Source of the DNA: Malacoraja senta
Lineage: Eukaryota
Length of the DNA: 64,000 bases
NCBI GenBank assembly: GCA_038087875.1
Contig: JAXLNO010006027.1
Coordinates: forward strand, 1 to 64,000
Reading direction: 5' to 3'
In this document: piece by piece, positions 1 to 13,200 of the stretch
How the letters are laid out: every line of letters starts with the position of its first letter
Numbering within the stretch: the first letter of the stretch is position 1
Position numbers and translations under genes: made by a program
Notes under the pieces: model-generated
What the model was told of the DNA's origin: nothing
The model's input: only the letters and a program-made list of their open reading frames with translations
Databases searched by the model: none

Positions 1-530
1 CATACCAAAATGCAACACCTCACACTAATCTGCATTAAACTCCATTAAACTATTTCTCAAATCACATGCTCAAGTGATCAAAATCTTGCTGTAATTTTTG
101 ATAACCATTCTCGCTATCTACGATACCACCCAGTTTAGCGTCATCTGCAAACTTAATCATCCCCTTGTACATTCTCATCTAATTCATTAATATAAACCAC
201 AAACAGCAAAATAAACATAGCAAAGAATTAATTCCCCATATTTTTTCATGATTCATTCTGGATTAAGCATTCATACGATATACATAGAAACATAGAAAAT
301 AGGTGCAGGAGTAGGCCATTCGGCCCTTTGCGCCAGCACCGTCATTCAAAGTGATCATGGCTAATCATCCAAAATCAGTACCCCGTTCCTGCTTTTTCCC
401 CATATACATTGATTCTGTTAGGCCTAAGTGCTAAATCTAACTCGCTCTTGAAAACATCCAGTGAACTGGCCTCCACTGCCTTCTGTGGCAGAGAATTTCA
501 CAGATTCACAACTCTCTGGGTGAAGATTCC
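1..530 (-). mobile_element. Two CR1 LINE fragments (RT fragment 1-200; 3' end 283-530)
   Basis: Similar to the 1567-3372 copy; catagaaa-type tail at ~283-300. Confidence 0.75.
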
Positions 531-889
531 AACATGATTTGTTAAATTTCACTTGTGAAGTTTGGCTGACGATGCTTCACATCACATTCACATTTGTTTA
601 TTGGCATGTACACCAGAGTTCAAGAAAATTCCTTTCTCACATGAAGCTGAAGGAATAAACAATATATATGGTGATTGTACAATACAATACACATTACAAA
701 AAACCAGAATAGTACAAAGATTTTACGCAATCTGAGGAAGTGCAAAATAAAATTAAGTGCAATAACAGAATAACTGAATGAGGTAGAAATCATAGTTTGA
801 GGCAGCAACTCTGGAAAGAGGTTTGTGTGAAAGAGGAGATTGGTTCAGGATGCTGATAGCCGTTATCAGATGTTCATGAAACTGTTCAT

Positions 890-1275
890 CTCAGGCACTG
901 ATGGGTACTCCCCATCATCAAAGCGATCTAAAGGAGGCGCTGCCTGAAAAAGGCAGCCAGCATCATCAAGGACCCACACTATCTGGCCACACTTTCATTT
1001 CACTCCCGCTATCAGGAATCAGGAATAAAACTGTGACGTCCAGGTTCAGGAACAGCTTCTTCCCAACAACCATTAAGCAATTGAACACTATGAACTCCAA
1101 CTAAAGTTCAAACCATGAACTGCCTTGGATACTTCGGTCTTTGATTTATTTTGCACGATATTGTTATTTTTATTTATTTAACTTGTTTTTATTTGATTGG
1201 TTATTATGTAATATATTGAGTACTGTGTTTACAGTGCTGTTGTGCAGTACAAACCCGTCGGTGCTGCAAGTAAGT
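890..1275 (+). mobile_element. Rex1/Babar-like LINE 3' fragment
   Basis: Remnant ...KAASIIKDP.H..H.L...TSRFRNSFFPTTIKQLN, typical of the Rex1-type ORF end. Confidence 0.7.
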
Positions 1276-1725
1276 GAGATGTCTGAATGTCAGATTTCAA
1301 GCTCTTCTCTACTCTCAGAAGGTAGCAGTGAGAAAAGAGAATGGATGGAGTAGCAGACATTCTTGACAATACATCATGGTAACTCTATTTCCTCAACTCC
1401 AATCAGCAAAGATTAACAATGCAATATAATACCTGCAAAAAAATGTGAATGCTGTCAGAAAACAGTGGGGGAAAATGGTTCGATTTATACATAATTACCT
1501 GAGAATCTGCAAGTCAGAATCAGATATTCCAGTGCAGAGGTGAATTCAGCAAACTGCACTCATTTAGACAATAGACAATAGACAATAGGTGCAGGAGTAG
1601 GCCATTCGGCCCTTTGAGCCAGCACCACCATTTAATGCGATCATGGCTGATCATCCACAATCAGTACCCGTTCCTGCCTTCTCTCCATATCCCTTAACTC
1701 TGCTACCCATAAGGGCTCTAACTAA

Positions 1726-2380
1726 AGGCTATGTCTTACGGTGTTGCGGTCATCGGCGGTGAAGCGCGGCTTCGCCTGTAGAATGGACCGCACGGCAACG
1801 GCGAGAGTGCCGAGCCTATGCCACGGGAGCGCCGCACGGATGCTGTGCGGGGGCCGAGTGATTTAAATACGGCTGGTCCCACGAGCTTGCGGTAAGTAAA
1901 AAAAAGGGCGGGCTGACCGCGATGACGTCATTTTGGATCTGCGGGGCTGTGGCGGCGCCGTCCTGATCGCGGCGCTGTAGCGGTGGCTGTGGCGGCGGCC
2001 GTGCCGCACATGTGACTCACTAGCGGCGGCTGTGGCGGTGGCTGTGCTGATTGCGGCGCTGTAGCGGTGGCTGTGGCGGCGGCCGTGCCGCACATGTGAC
2101 TCACTAGCGGCGGCTGTGGCGGTGGCTGTGCTGATTGCGGCGCTGTAGCGGAGGCTGTGGCGGCGGCCGAGCCGCAGACGTGCCTCACTGGCGGAGGCTG
2201 TGCGGTAGGGACATATTTTTGAACAGTGTTGGTTTTATTTTAGCACTGTGCGGTGTTGGGAACAACGCCGCACGGCCCCGGAATTGTGCGTTTGACCGAG
2301 TGCGCGGTCTATGGCGGCCCAGGAGCGGTAGATTCTTCCTATTTCGCCGCCAATGACCGCAGACTCGTGAGACTGGCCTT
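1726..2380. mobile_element. Non-autonomous TIR element (PIF/Harbinger-like MITE), CpG-rich, with internal 84-bp tandem repeat
   Basis: Imperfect ~40-bp TIRs (aggctatgtcttacggtgttgcggtcatcggcggtgaa ... ttcgccgccaatgaccgcagactcgtgagactggcct) flanked by TAA/TTA. It cleanly interrupts a CR1 3' end at ctaac^TAA^ctctctcttg. Confidence 0.75.
1963..2200. repeat. 84-bp GC-rich tandem repeat, about 2.7 copies
   Basis: Units start at 1963, 2047 and 2131 (ctgat.gcggcgctgtagcgg...). Confidence 0.9.
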
Positions 2381-4471
2381 TTACTCTCTCTTGAAAGCAT
2401 CCAGAGAACCAGCCTCCACCGCCCTCTGAGGCAGATAATTCCACACACTCACAACTCTCTGTGTGAAAAAGTTTTTCCTCATCTCCGTTCTAAATGGCTT
2501 ACCCCTTATTCTTAAACTATGGCCCCTGGTTCTGGACTCCCTCAACATTGGGAACATGTTTCTTGCCTCGAGGTTGTCCAAACCCTTAATAATCTTATAA
2601 GTTTCAATAAGATCCCGTCTCATCCTTCTAAGTTCCAGAGTATACAAGCCCAGTCGCTCCATTCTCTCAGCATATGACAGTCCCGCCATCCCGGGAATTA
2701 ACCTTGTGAACCTACGCTGCACTCCCTCAATAGCAAGAATGTCCTTCCTCAAGTTTGGAGACCAAAACTGCACAAAATACTCCAGGTGTGGTCTCACGAG
2801 GGCCCTGTACAACTGCAGGAGGACCTCTTTGCTCCTGTACTCAACTCCTCTTGTTATGAAAGCCAACATGCCATTTGCTTTCTTCACTGCCTGCTGTACC
2901 TGCATGCTTACTTTCACTGACTGATGAACAAGGACCCCCAGATCCCATTGTACTTCCCCTTTTCCCAACTTTACACCATTTAGATAATAATCTGCCTTCC
3001 TGTTTTTGCCACCAAAGTGGATAACCTCACATTTATCCACATTAAACTGCATCTGCCCACTCACCCAACCTGTCCAAGTCACCCTGCATCCTCATTACAT
3101 CCTCCTCACAGTTCACACTGCCACCCAGCTTTGTGTCATCTGCAAATTTGCTAATGTTACTTTTAATCCCTTCATCCAAATCATTGATGGATATTGTAAA
3201 TAACTGCGGTCCCAGCACCGAGCCTTGCGGTACTCCACTAGTCACTGCCTGCCATTCTGAAAGGGACTCGTTAATTCCTACCCTTTGTTTCCTGTCTGCA
3301 ACCAATTTTCTATCAATGTCAGCATCCTACTCCCAATACCATGAGCTCTAATTTTGCCCACTAATCTCCTGTTGGCATTAACTTTGGCATTAACTTTTTA
3401 CCTGGAGCTCTTTAGTTAGATCTCTGCTCCTTCCCCATTCCCTTTTTATCTTCAAATGTATAAAGCTATAGTAAAATAAAGGAATTCAAATGTCATTAGG
3501 TTCAATGAGTGTAAGATCTATGGGCTGGATGAATAAAACTGGAGTGAAAGTTTTCCATTATGTCTTTGTTAGGATCCAGAAGGCAACAAGAAAGGCAGAC
3601 AGAGGAAGAGGGATGCAAGTCACAAGTGGCTCAATTGAACAAAGTTTAATTGCAGCTTTGACCTCTTGTTCGAAGATGTTATGTGACACGATCACACGAA
3701 GACCCTTGAGGAATAACACAAGAACAAAATAAAGAAGAAACTAGGAATAAAGATTCAATTTGCAACAAAATTGGAGTTTAATCTGAGCAAATGTAAGGTG
3801 TGAATGTTGGAAGATCGAACGTAAAGGGAAAGTATACAGTTAGTGTTGAGCATTGCCAATAACTGTGTACTTGATGTACAAAGGATCTTGCAGTCAAAGT
3901 CCACAGTTCCCAGAAAGTAGCAACACAAGTATATAGAGTGGAATCAATCAATACATGAGTATAAAATTCAGGATGTTGTGTTGCAGCTTTACAGAACTTT
4001 GGTTTGATTGCATCTGGAATATTGTGTGCAGTTCTGTTAACCCCATTATAAGTGGAGGCTTTGGAGAGGGTGCATACGAGGTTCACCAGAATGCTGTCTG
4101 TATTAGAGGGTATTAGCTTTAAGGAGAGCAGACAAGAAATTCAGGGGCACTATTCGAGACTCCAGAACAGTGCTTCCTGGTGCTGGGGTCCAGGTTCTCT
4201 CGGAGCGGCTGCATAACATTCTTAAGGAGGACGGTGGGCAGCAAGAAGTCATTGTGCATGTTGCACAAATGACATAGGTAGGAAAAGGCAAGAAGTTCTG
4301 CAAAATGAATATAGGGAGGTAGGCAAAAAGTTAAACAGCAGGATTCCCGGGATCACCAGGTAACTCCTGGTGCAACGTGCTAGTGAAGGTAGGGGCAAAA
4401 AGATAGGACAGACGAATACATGGCTAAGGAGGAGTTGGTGCAGGAGGCAGTGATTCCGATTTTTAGACTAC

Positions 4472-4790
4472 GGCAGCATGGTGGCTCAGTGGTAGAGCTG
4501 CTGCCTTACAGCGCTTGCAGCACCGGAGACCCGGGTACGATCCTGACTACGGGTGCAGTCTGTACGGAGTTTGTACAATCTCCCTGTGACCTGCGTGGCT
4601 TTTCTCCAAGATCTTCGGTTTCCTCCCACACTTCAAAGACGTACAGGTTTGTAGGTTAATTGGCTTGCTATAAATGTAAATTGTCCCTAGTGTGTGTGGA
4701 ATAGTGTCAGTGTGCGGGGATCGCTGGTTGGCGTGGACTTGGTGGGCCGAAGGGCCTGTTTCCACGCTGTATCGCTAAACTAAACTAAAC
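4472..4790 (+). mobile_element. tRNA-derived SINE (HE1/V-SINE-like)
   Basis: A box tggctcagtgg, B-box-like ggtacgatcc, central gtctgtacggagtttgtac...ttcctcccacac domain, LINE-like 3' end and (TAAAC)n tail. Confidence 0.85.
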
Positions 4791-4857
4791 ATTGCGATCT
4801 TTTCTGGGGCAGAGATGACCTGTACAAGTGAGATTGGTTGCACCTGAACTGGAAGTT

Positions 4858-4956
4858 CAGTCTGAAGAAGGGACTCGACCCAAAACGTCACCCATTCCTT
4901 CTCTCCATAGATGCTGCCTCACCCGTTGAGTTACTCCAGCATTTTGTGTCTACCTT
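4858..4956 (+). mobile_element. Short Penelope-derived repeat with hammerhead-like motif (representative copy; others at ~15420, 18396, 22745, 28097, 30830, 43367, 44755, 58695)
   Basis: cagtctgaagaagggactcgacccaaaacgtcacccattccttctctcc...gagttactccagcattttgtgtctacc. Confidence 0.8.
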
Positions 4957-5724
4957 GGAAGGAAATAAAGGCATGTTTGCTTGTGCTGCATGAATGGGTT
5001 TAAACTAGATTGGTAGGGGCCAGGATCCAATACAGGTGAGAGGTTGGAAGTCGATATGGAAGGTGATGAAAGAAAGTCCAGTGGACAGAATAGGCAGGAA
5101 GAGAGGAAGGACAGTGGGATTGAATTGCATTTATTTTAATGCGAGAGGCCTGACGGGTAAGACAAATGAACAACTCGGACATTGTAGCCAAAATGGAAAC
5201 TTGGCCAAGAGATGTCAGGACTGGCAGTTTAATATTTCGGGGTAGAGGTGTTACTGGAGAGATGGTGATGGGTGGGGTGTATTTTTTACATAAAGTAGTG
5301 AAAGCTTAGAATGCATTGCCATGGGTGGTGGTGGAGGCAGATTCAATTGTGGCTTTTAAGAGTCTTTTAGAAATGCATATGGAAGTGCAGGGAATAGAGG
5401 GATATGTATCATGTACAGACAGATAAGATAAGCTTAACTTGGCATCATGTTTGGCAAATTTCCCTTCATCAGAGTATTTTCAGCGCATTGGCCTCATTAG
5501 TGAGAATATTGAGTATAGAAGTTGGGAGGTCATGTTACCGATGTATAAGACAATGTTAAGGCCATATTTAGAGTATTAGGTTTAGTTTTGGTCACCATGT
5601 GATACGAAAGATGTTAAGCTGGAAAAGGTGCAAAGAAAATTGACACGTATGTGGTCAGGGCTCGATTGCCTGAGCTATAGGGAGAGGCTAAGCAGGCTAG
5701 GACTTTATTCCTTGGAGTGCAGGA

Positions 5725-5835
5725 AGATGAGGGGACGTACAAACTCCATACAGACAGCACCTGTATTCAGGATCGAAATCCCGTTTCTGGTGCAGTAAGG
5801 CAGCAACTCTGCTGCTGTGCCACTGTGCTGACCCA
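5725..5835 (-). mobile_element. SINE 5' fragment (same family as 4472-4790)
   Basis: Reverse complement resembles the tRNA-like head and central domain. Confidence 0.6.
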
Positions 5836-8800
5836 TTTTTTTGCAACTATTTTGCCCATCCACCCCCAACCTCACCCTTTATTATCATTCCATAGCGGCA
5901 TTTAAGAGTTTATGGAGAGGATCATGGATGTGAAGGGAATGGTGGGAATTGGATCAAACGTAGGCAGAGGAGCTTGTTTAACTAGGCGTATGTGTGGCTT
6001 GGATATTGTGGGCCGAAAGACCTGGTCCTATGCTGTACTGTGCTATGTTCTACCTTTTATGCAATGACCATATAAATATTTTAAAATAAACAAATGCATA
6101 CATTCAGTAGCTTTTAAAACCAAATCCAAAGATCTGCACAACCTCTTCCAAAATCCTTCTTTGAATATTTTTTTTCAAGTGATATTCTTCAAAATGCATT
6201 TCAAGGATAAAATAACCATCACGTGGCAGATTAACTTGACAGGTAGAAACCACATTTGCTGCAAGATGCCGTCAGACTATTGCAGCTTGGAAAGTGAATA
6301 ATAATTGACCTCCTTTTATCACATTAAATGCTGACCCTGGGCGATTGGTGCAGTTTAAAATTTAAAATTAATATTCAGAGCTCACTGCAAGGTTTATTTT
6401 AAAGCACAGACGCCCCTTAGGATTTGGATTTGCGCTGGGTTAGAATCTGTCCCGGGATTCCCGAGTCAAATTATCCCTTCAAATTCTTGCCTGCCTGAGA
6501 TCTGGAGAGCGGTTTGTAGTGAACCGTTCTCCCAGATCTCCTGCTTCTGTGTTCAGCAGGGATTCAGAAGTTCAGTCTTTTCATTAACCTTTTACTCGGT
6601 TCTTCCAAAGGTTACATAGTCCAGCATTAATCTCAAACCACAAGAGTAAAAATCAACTTTTTTTTTACAAAGTCGTATTATTCAGTATTGTATCAGTGAA
6701 GAATATATGCTTTGGTGAAGCAGCATTTTAATTCTTAATTTATTCATGTTAAACATTATTGAGGTAAAATGGCTCCAATTAATCATTCTGCTTTTAAAAT
6801 TGGGAGTAATATTTGTAAATGTTATTGGCAGTGAAAGATTGCAATAGCTTCAATCAATTGCAGATAAACCACTCGGAAACATCCGATGATAAAACAGACA
6901 AGGCCATATTGAAAATAAGATTCATATTTTAAATGTTGGAAATAATCCAAAATGTTATAAGACACCGTTTTGTTGAACTGAATACTATTCGCTGGGGAAG
7001 GTGAGGTTAAAGTAACACACACCTCGAAGTTCCATTCAGTTTGTTTTATTTTTCACTCAAATTCTCAATTTTAGTGTTGCATCGAGTTGTCTATTGCAAA
7101 GAATCACAGTTGTGAATGTTAGAGAAATTAACTGTTTCTTTAATATAAATAAGGAACATTTAGTTCATGTTCTGGGAATGAAATGTGCACGGGGCTTTAG
7201 AAAAATAAACTTAACGTTTACGCCTATTTAATCATGTCGACTATTGTTACCTGTCTAATATCAACATTTGAATATATGTAATATAACTTTCAAAACTTTG
7301 TACCCATGTAGTAGAACAAATTAAATTTAACTGAAGCAAACGCTATGTACAGTTAACCGTAAAAATCAGCAACTCATTTAGATTTTTGCTAAGGACTTTA
7401 CTGCGATTCATGATGGCAATAAACAAAATGACATTGACGCCGTGTTGTATAATGTTCCAAAATGAAAAGCAGTCACAGCGAAAACCAAGGCCGTTTCTTT
7501 TCAAAAGGCTTTCATGGTTGAAGCGGCTTTGTTGTGTTTCTGAGTTCAAACACGTGTGCGATTGTTATTTATTCATAGATCTGCGTACATTGGTGAGTGA
7601 TGTTGAATAAAACAAGCCCCGATATCAAATAGCTCAATTCTCCACGCCTGACACCAACTGCTCCCGTTTGCTGAGCTCTGTCAACCGTTTACCCTGATAA
7701 TGACTGGGATTTGTTAAACGGTAAATTAATGAAGAATGAAAGATCCAGGTTGATCAGTTCTAGCACACGCTTGCCTCCCCTCCGGCAAAGAGCCTAAGGC
7801 AGGAATTGCATTGAAAGAGCAGTTGGCTGTCTGCTGCACTGGAGGACTATTTTACAGCCCATTTCATGCCAGAATGCAGTAGTGGCTTAAACTGTGGCCC
7901 ATGAAGGGCAAATTACTTCATAAATTAGAAGACAATATCCCTTTGGTGAGACTTTTACTTGACTATTTAGTTAGCCTTCTGCCTATTCATTTCCTCCAGC
8001 ACTTATAGTTATAAACAAATCAAAAAATGTAGTGACCTGTAAGTTTGGCTGTATTGAATGATATCATGTTATGCATTTAGCAGCTCCCACACTAGTTTAT
8101 ATATCATATAACTAAGATGTGTAGTTAACAAGAAAAATATTAACTGACAATTCCAGGTAATAATTTGGCATAAACTTGTTTTTTATTATAGGCAATGGAG
8201 AGGGCAAATCAAGCATTTGATCACCATTGTGAACATAATGAAAATGACCCATTGGCCATTCACAAGGAGATGCACTTGAAATGTAAGCAGATCATTTCTG
8301 ACCAGATTTCCCTCTATTATTTGCGTTATTTGGCAGACTCCTGGCTAATTGTTCACCCATCCAGTCAAAATCAAGTACAGCCATCAGTCAGAACATGCAA
8401 TGTCAGGAGATTCAGAGTAAAACGTTCCAGCAATGTAGCTACTAGTTAAAAGAAAACCCATTCATCATTTTCAATGCACCATTACGGTGTGTACCTAATG
8501 CCCTCATGTCTGTCCTATTTATCTGACAATCCTTTCAGATTGCACTGTAGAATAGTCTCCAATTAGGGAAGATGTCATGGGAAATTTAAATTTTTGCATG
8601 TTACACATTTTCGTGTGTAATCACTAGAAGATAATTTTTCGTTGAGGTGATCGAGTGACAGTGCCTCAATCGAAGGACTTGATTTACGATCTCACCATTT
8701 AGTTAAGCTGCAGGTTCACTAAAAGAGATTCTCAGTTAAAACCTATTCTAGTATCTACATCACTACAGGCATGTAATACATTATACAGGTGATATATTAT

Positions 8801-9029
8801 GTAGATGGAACGTTCTTCTAACAATATTTAGTTTTAGATGAAAATACATTTAAACTGTTGACAATCCAGTCTTAATTTATTACCACATTCTTTACATATT
8901 GCATTTATTTATTTTGACATCTATCCATCTAATTAGAAACCGATACATTTTTAATCTTAACATAAATAATAAAAGCTGACAAACACAAGAAGTATGAGAA
9001 GACATTGTGGATCCTTGTGGAATATAGAC

Positions 9030-10238
9030 TATAGAACATAGAACAGTACAGCACAGGAATGGGCCATTCAGCCCATAATGTTTGTGCCAAATACGATGCC
9101 GTTAAACTGGTCTCATGTGCCTGTACATGATCCATATCCCTCTATTCCCTGCACTTCCATGTGCCCGTCCAAAAGCCTCTTAAATGCTAATCTGCCTCCA
9201 CCATTGGTGCGTTCCAGGTCCCCACCACTCTGTGTAAAAAATCATGTCCCCCTCTCACATTATAGCTATGCCCACATGACTGCCCCTTTGATATGCTAGG
9301 AACAATTTGATCTTCACATTGCTCACCACCAAGAAATATTTTCAATCAATGATAACAAGAATGTAGAACAAGAAATAAAGATATAGTCATGGTCAAACAG
9401 ACACAGAATCATACAACATGGAAACATGCACTTTGCCCCAGCGCATCCACGCTGCCCAAGATGCCCCATCCACATTATTCTCATTCACCCGCATTTGCCC
9501 ATATCCTTTTATACATTTCCTATACATGTACCTGTCCAATAGTTTTGTAAATGGTATTATTGTACTTGCCTCAACTACCTCTTCTGGCAGCTCATTCCAT
9601 ATACCCACCAGCCTCTGAGTGAAAAAGTTGCTCTCATGCTCCCATTAAATATTTCCCTTCTGACCTTAAACCTATACCCTCTAATTCTTGTTTCCACTAT
9701 CCAGGGAAAAAGATTTTGTGCATTCACCCTATCAATTCCCCTTATGATTTCATTGGTATCTATAAGATCACCCCTCAGCCTCTTGTGCTCTAAGGAATAG
9801 AGTCCTAGCTTACCCAATTTTTATCTATAGCAACGGCCCTCATGTCCTGGCAACATCCTTGTAAAACTTTTCTGCACTATTTCTATATTAATTGATATAT
9901 TATGCAGCAGGGTGACCAAAATTGAACACAAGAATACAATTGTGGCCTATATCCTGTATAACTATAACATAAGGTCTCAACTTCTGGACTCAGTATGCTG
10001 ACTGATGAAGGCCAGCCTGCCAGAAGCCTTCTTCACTGCAACACCATTTTCAGGGAATAATGCACCTGCAAAGCCACTTTCAGGAACCTATATACTTGTA
10101 CTCCTAGATTCCTCTGCTGTACAAAACTCCCCAGGACTTAGCATTCACTATCAAGGTCCTGCCGTGATTTGACTTGCACAAATACAGATATCTGAATTAA
10201 GCTCCATTTGCCACTACTCTGCCTACTTGCCCCAGCTT
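9030..10238 (-). mobile_element. CR1 LINE 3' parts (9030-9300; 9405-10238, which hosts the DIRS insertion)
   Basis: KLGLYSLE..RLRGDLI and WNELPEEVVEA remnants; tails catagaacatagaa and catac. Confidence 0.85.
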
Positions 10239-13200
10239 ATAGTAAGATTAAACGAGAACTTACCAGTTTGAAGTTTGATCTTTATTTTATGAGGAGTTAC
10301 GTTGGTGATTACGTGAAGAAGACCCGTCAGGGCGCATGCGCGTCAATCTTCAAAGCAGCGGTATGAAATCACAGATAACACAATATTTGAAGTAACATAT
10401 TAAGATGAGCAACATGAGAACTACCATATGACCTTTTTTATGAGAGAGGGTTGGGCGTGGCGGGCACGTAATCACCAACGTAACTCCTCATAAAATAAAG
10501 ATCAAACTTCAAACTGGTAAGTTCCCGTTTAATCTTACTATTTTACTTCGGAGTCACGTGAGTGGACTACGTGAAGGGTTCAAAGCTCTGTGATTTTATG
10601 CCGCAGATCCAAATCCCAGCTTCTCACTGCATTGATTGACTTTCGATGAGAAACAATCAATAATGCGTTAAACATGAAATGTGAATATCATGCAGTAACA
10701 ATTCATTTGAATAATCAAAACAACCAGTAACCCCTCTATCCCAGGGGAAACTAAACAGGACTTAATCCTGAATTTGCAAACAGCCTCTCGCCGATCGGCA
10801 ATCAGCCGATGGCAACATTTTTAAAAACAAATCATTTGACCACCCGGCACCTGTAAGAATATGGCCGATGTGAACATCCATCGCCCTAGCTGACGACGTT
10901 GCTGCTGCACTAGTGGAAAAGGATATATACACTTCAGTGTTAATACCTGCCTGAATCAACATTTGCTTTAAACCACCTTGAGATAGTCTGCACTGACATT
11001 CTCCTGTGTGGCTACATGTAACTAATAAACAATGCTGTTTCCACATTTCTTAAGGTCTTTATAGCTTCAATATAATGAAAATAAATGTGCCATTACACAT
11101 AAACATGGATCAGTAGGTTATGCTGAAACACAATTTTAACAAACCTGTGACACCTGGCCTGCTCTGTTGGAGCAGGGTGCAAATATATAACATAACATTC
11201 TCTTCAGCAACTTCCATCCTGTCTAGCAGAAGCTTTTGCAAAATCTGCACTTGCTATGCTGAACCAATGCCATGAGCATAACCACTTTCATGATTAGTTT
11301 AGAAAATTCAGAGACATGACAGGAACCTACTATCGAAGCAACTTGAGGACCACACTTACATCCCAGATCGCCAAATACCTGGGTTTAGGAGGTTTAGAGT
11401 TGAAATTCCGTTCATCAATCCAGCTATGATATGATGAAACTTAATAGGATCTTTCCTGACCCCATCAAAACCATACGATGACAAAGCACTTAAAGGTGTA
11501 TTAATGGTGCTATAACTGAGCCCCTCGTCATCGTAGAGTGTTAACAGGAACTCTAAAATATCCACAATACCTGCAGTACTATATTCAATATTATTTTGTA
11601 CACAATATTGCTCCCATTTTTTTACGTAATGTACCCCTTTTGAGTACTCTTTCTCCAGGCTAGAGTGAGCATGTCCACCGTTTGCCCAGACAGTCCTTGC
11701 CCCAGGTATGGCATTCTTAAAACCTGCAAATTAACAAGTCAATACGGTCTCATAACGGATGACTTTCCCGTGTTAGCGGATGCTCCAGTAAATTCCTACG
11801 CTTGGGAACCACCAAAAAGAGGTTGGATCCCTAACTGTAACATCAAAGGGAACCATGCTTGATTCGGCCAATTAGGTATTACAAACACCCCCAATGCGGC
11901 ATCCTGCTTGATTTCTTGCAGACTCCGACCTATTAGGCAAAATGGTAGGATAATATATAAAACATACCACCCCAATGTAACGACAAAGTATCAATTGCAA
12001 CTGCCACCTGGTCTGGTTCCCATAAAACCTATTTAGGCTGCTGATGGTTGAACCTTGATGCAAAACAAATCGATATCTGGCATTCATATATAAGTACTAT
12101 ATTATTGAACACCTCCTGTTTCAACATCCAATCTGTGTTGTCATGGAACTTTCGTGACTTGGCGTCTGCTACTATTTAGAATCTACCTGGTAGATAAATA
12201 GCTGAAATATATTTTTCAATATACCAGGCCCAAATTTGATTAGCCAATCTGTCACAAGATACCGACTTGATTCCACTGATGTGATTAATATATATGCTAC
12301 TTGCGTAGTATTGTCAATCTGAAACTGAACATGCAGATTACATTTGTTAGAGCAATAAGCCTTATCCATAAAACCTCTTAATAGTTAATTGCCCATGTCT
12401 GCCTCTTGCTCAGTTCATCTGCCTCCACAGCTGAAACTCGTATCCGTGACACCCCACCCGAGTGCACTGACATTCATCTGCAAAATCATGGAAGGCTGGT
12501 CAAGCATTACCTTGCTATAACTCCTGTACACATGGAGAATCCACCATTGTAAATCAGAAACAGCCTTTGCTGATAAATGCATGGGTCTATTATAATGACC
12601 CGAATGAATCCTCCATTAGCTTAATACAGCTGTCAATTAGCTCTACCCTTTTTCCCTGTGCAGAGTCACTTAATTGAATCAATTGTGACCCAAATAGTCA
12701 GGTGTTAATTTGGATTTCTCTGGATGAATAATGCCCAATCTTTGAAAATAGGTTTTAACAACTACCACCGGTTACTTCAGCTGTTCTCTTGGATACCCCT
12801 GTAATCAAGATATCATCGAGATAAGCCATGAGCACCTGACCCTGGCCTCTCAGCATGCCTATTATAGGTTTTAACAATTTTGTTGCCATAGTTGATCCAT
12901 CCAGGTGAATTTCAAATATCCTTATCCTGCAAATAAGCAGACATTGAGTAATGCGCATCTTTAAGCTCTATAGTCGCAATATAGCATCCTCTTGACCCAG
13001 TTGCTTGGCAGTGACAATTCCATCTTACAATGTCTATACTACATCCCCCATCCTTTTTTGGCCTGGGAAAATATTAGACACAAATTGATGGGGTTGGTGA
13101 ACCAACTTTACAATTACACCTTTATCACATAAGCTTCCAAGCGCAGTCTGAACATCCATCTGTTCTGTTAATGAAAACTGAATAGTTCTCCCTAGAACAT

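Larger units (their letters stand above)
1567..3372 (-). mobile_element. CR1-clade LINE, 5'-truncated, interrupted by the MITE
   Basis: RT motifs GVPQGSVLGP and FADDTK, C-terminal LVRPHLEY..QFWSP, and (CTATTGT)n 3' tail at 1567-1587. Confidence 0.93.
3765..6052 (+). mobile_element. Cluster of CR1 fragments, including an ORF1 SGNH-esterase remnant (~4140-4460) and the ORF2 endonuclease start (LNCIYFNARGL, ~5120)
   Basis: LPGAGVQ..SERLHNILK..G.QEVIVHV..NDIGRK-like remnant. Interrupted by a SINE and a Penelope-derived repeat. Confidence 0.7.

Noticed and set aside
1863-2448. Ala/Pro/Thr-rich repetitive ORFs
   Set aside because: By-products of the 84-bp GC-rich repeat inside the MITE; open in several frames, with no splice or domain support.
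4472-4560. tRNA gene
   Set aside because: A and B boxes are present, but it continues into a SINE body and tail with no proper cloverleaf.
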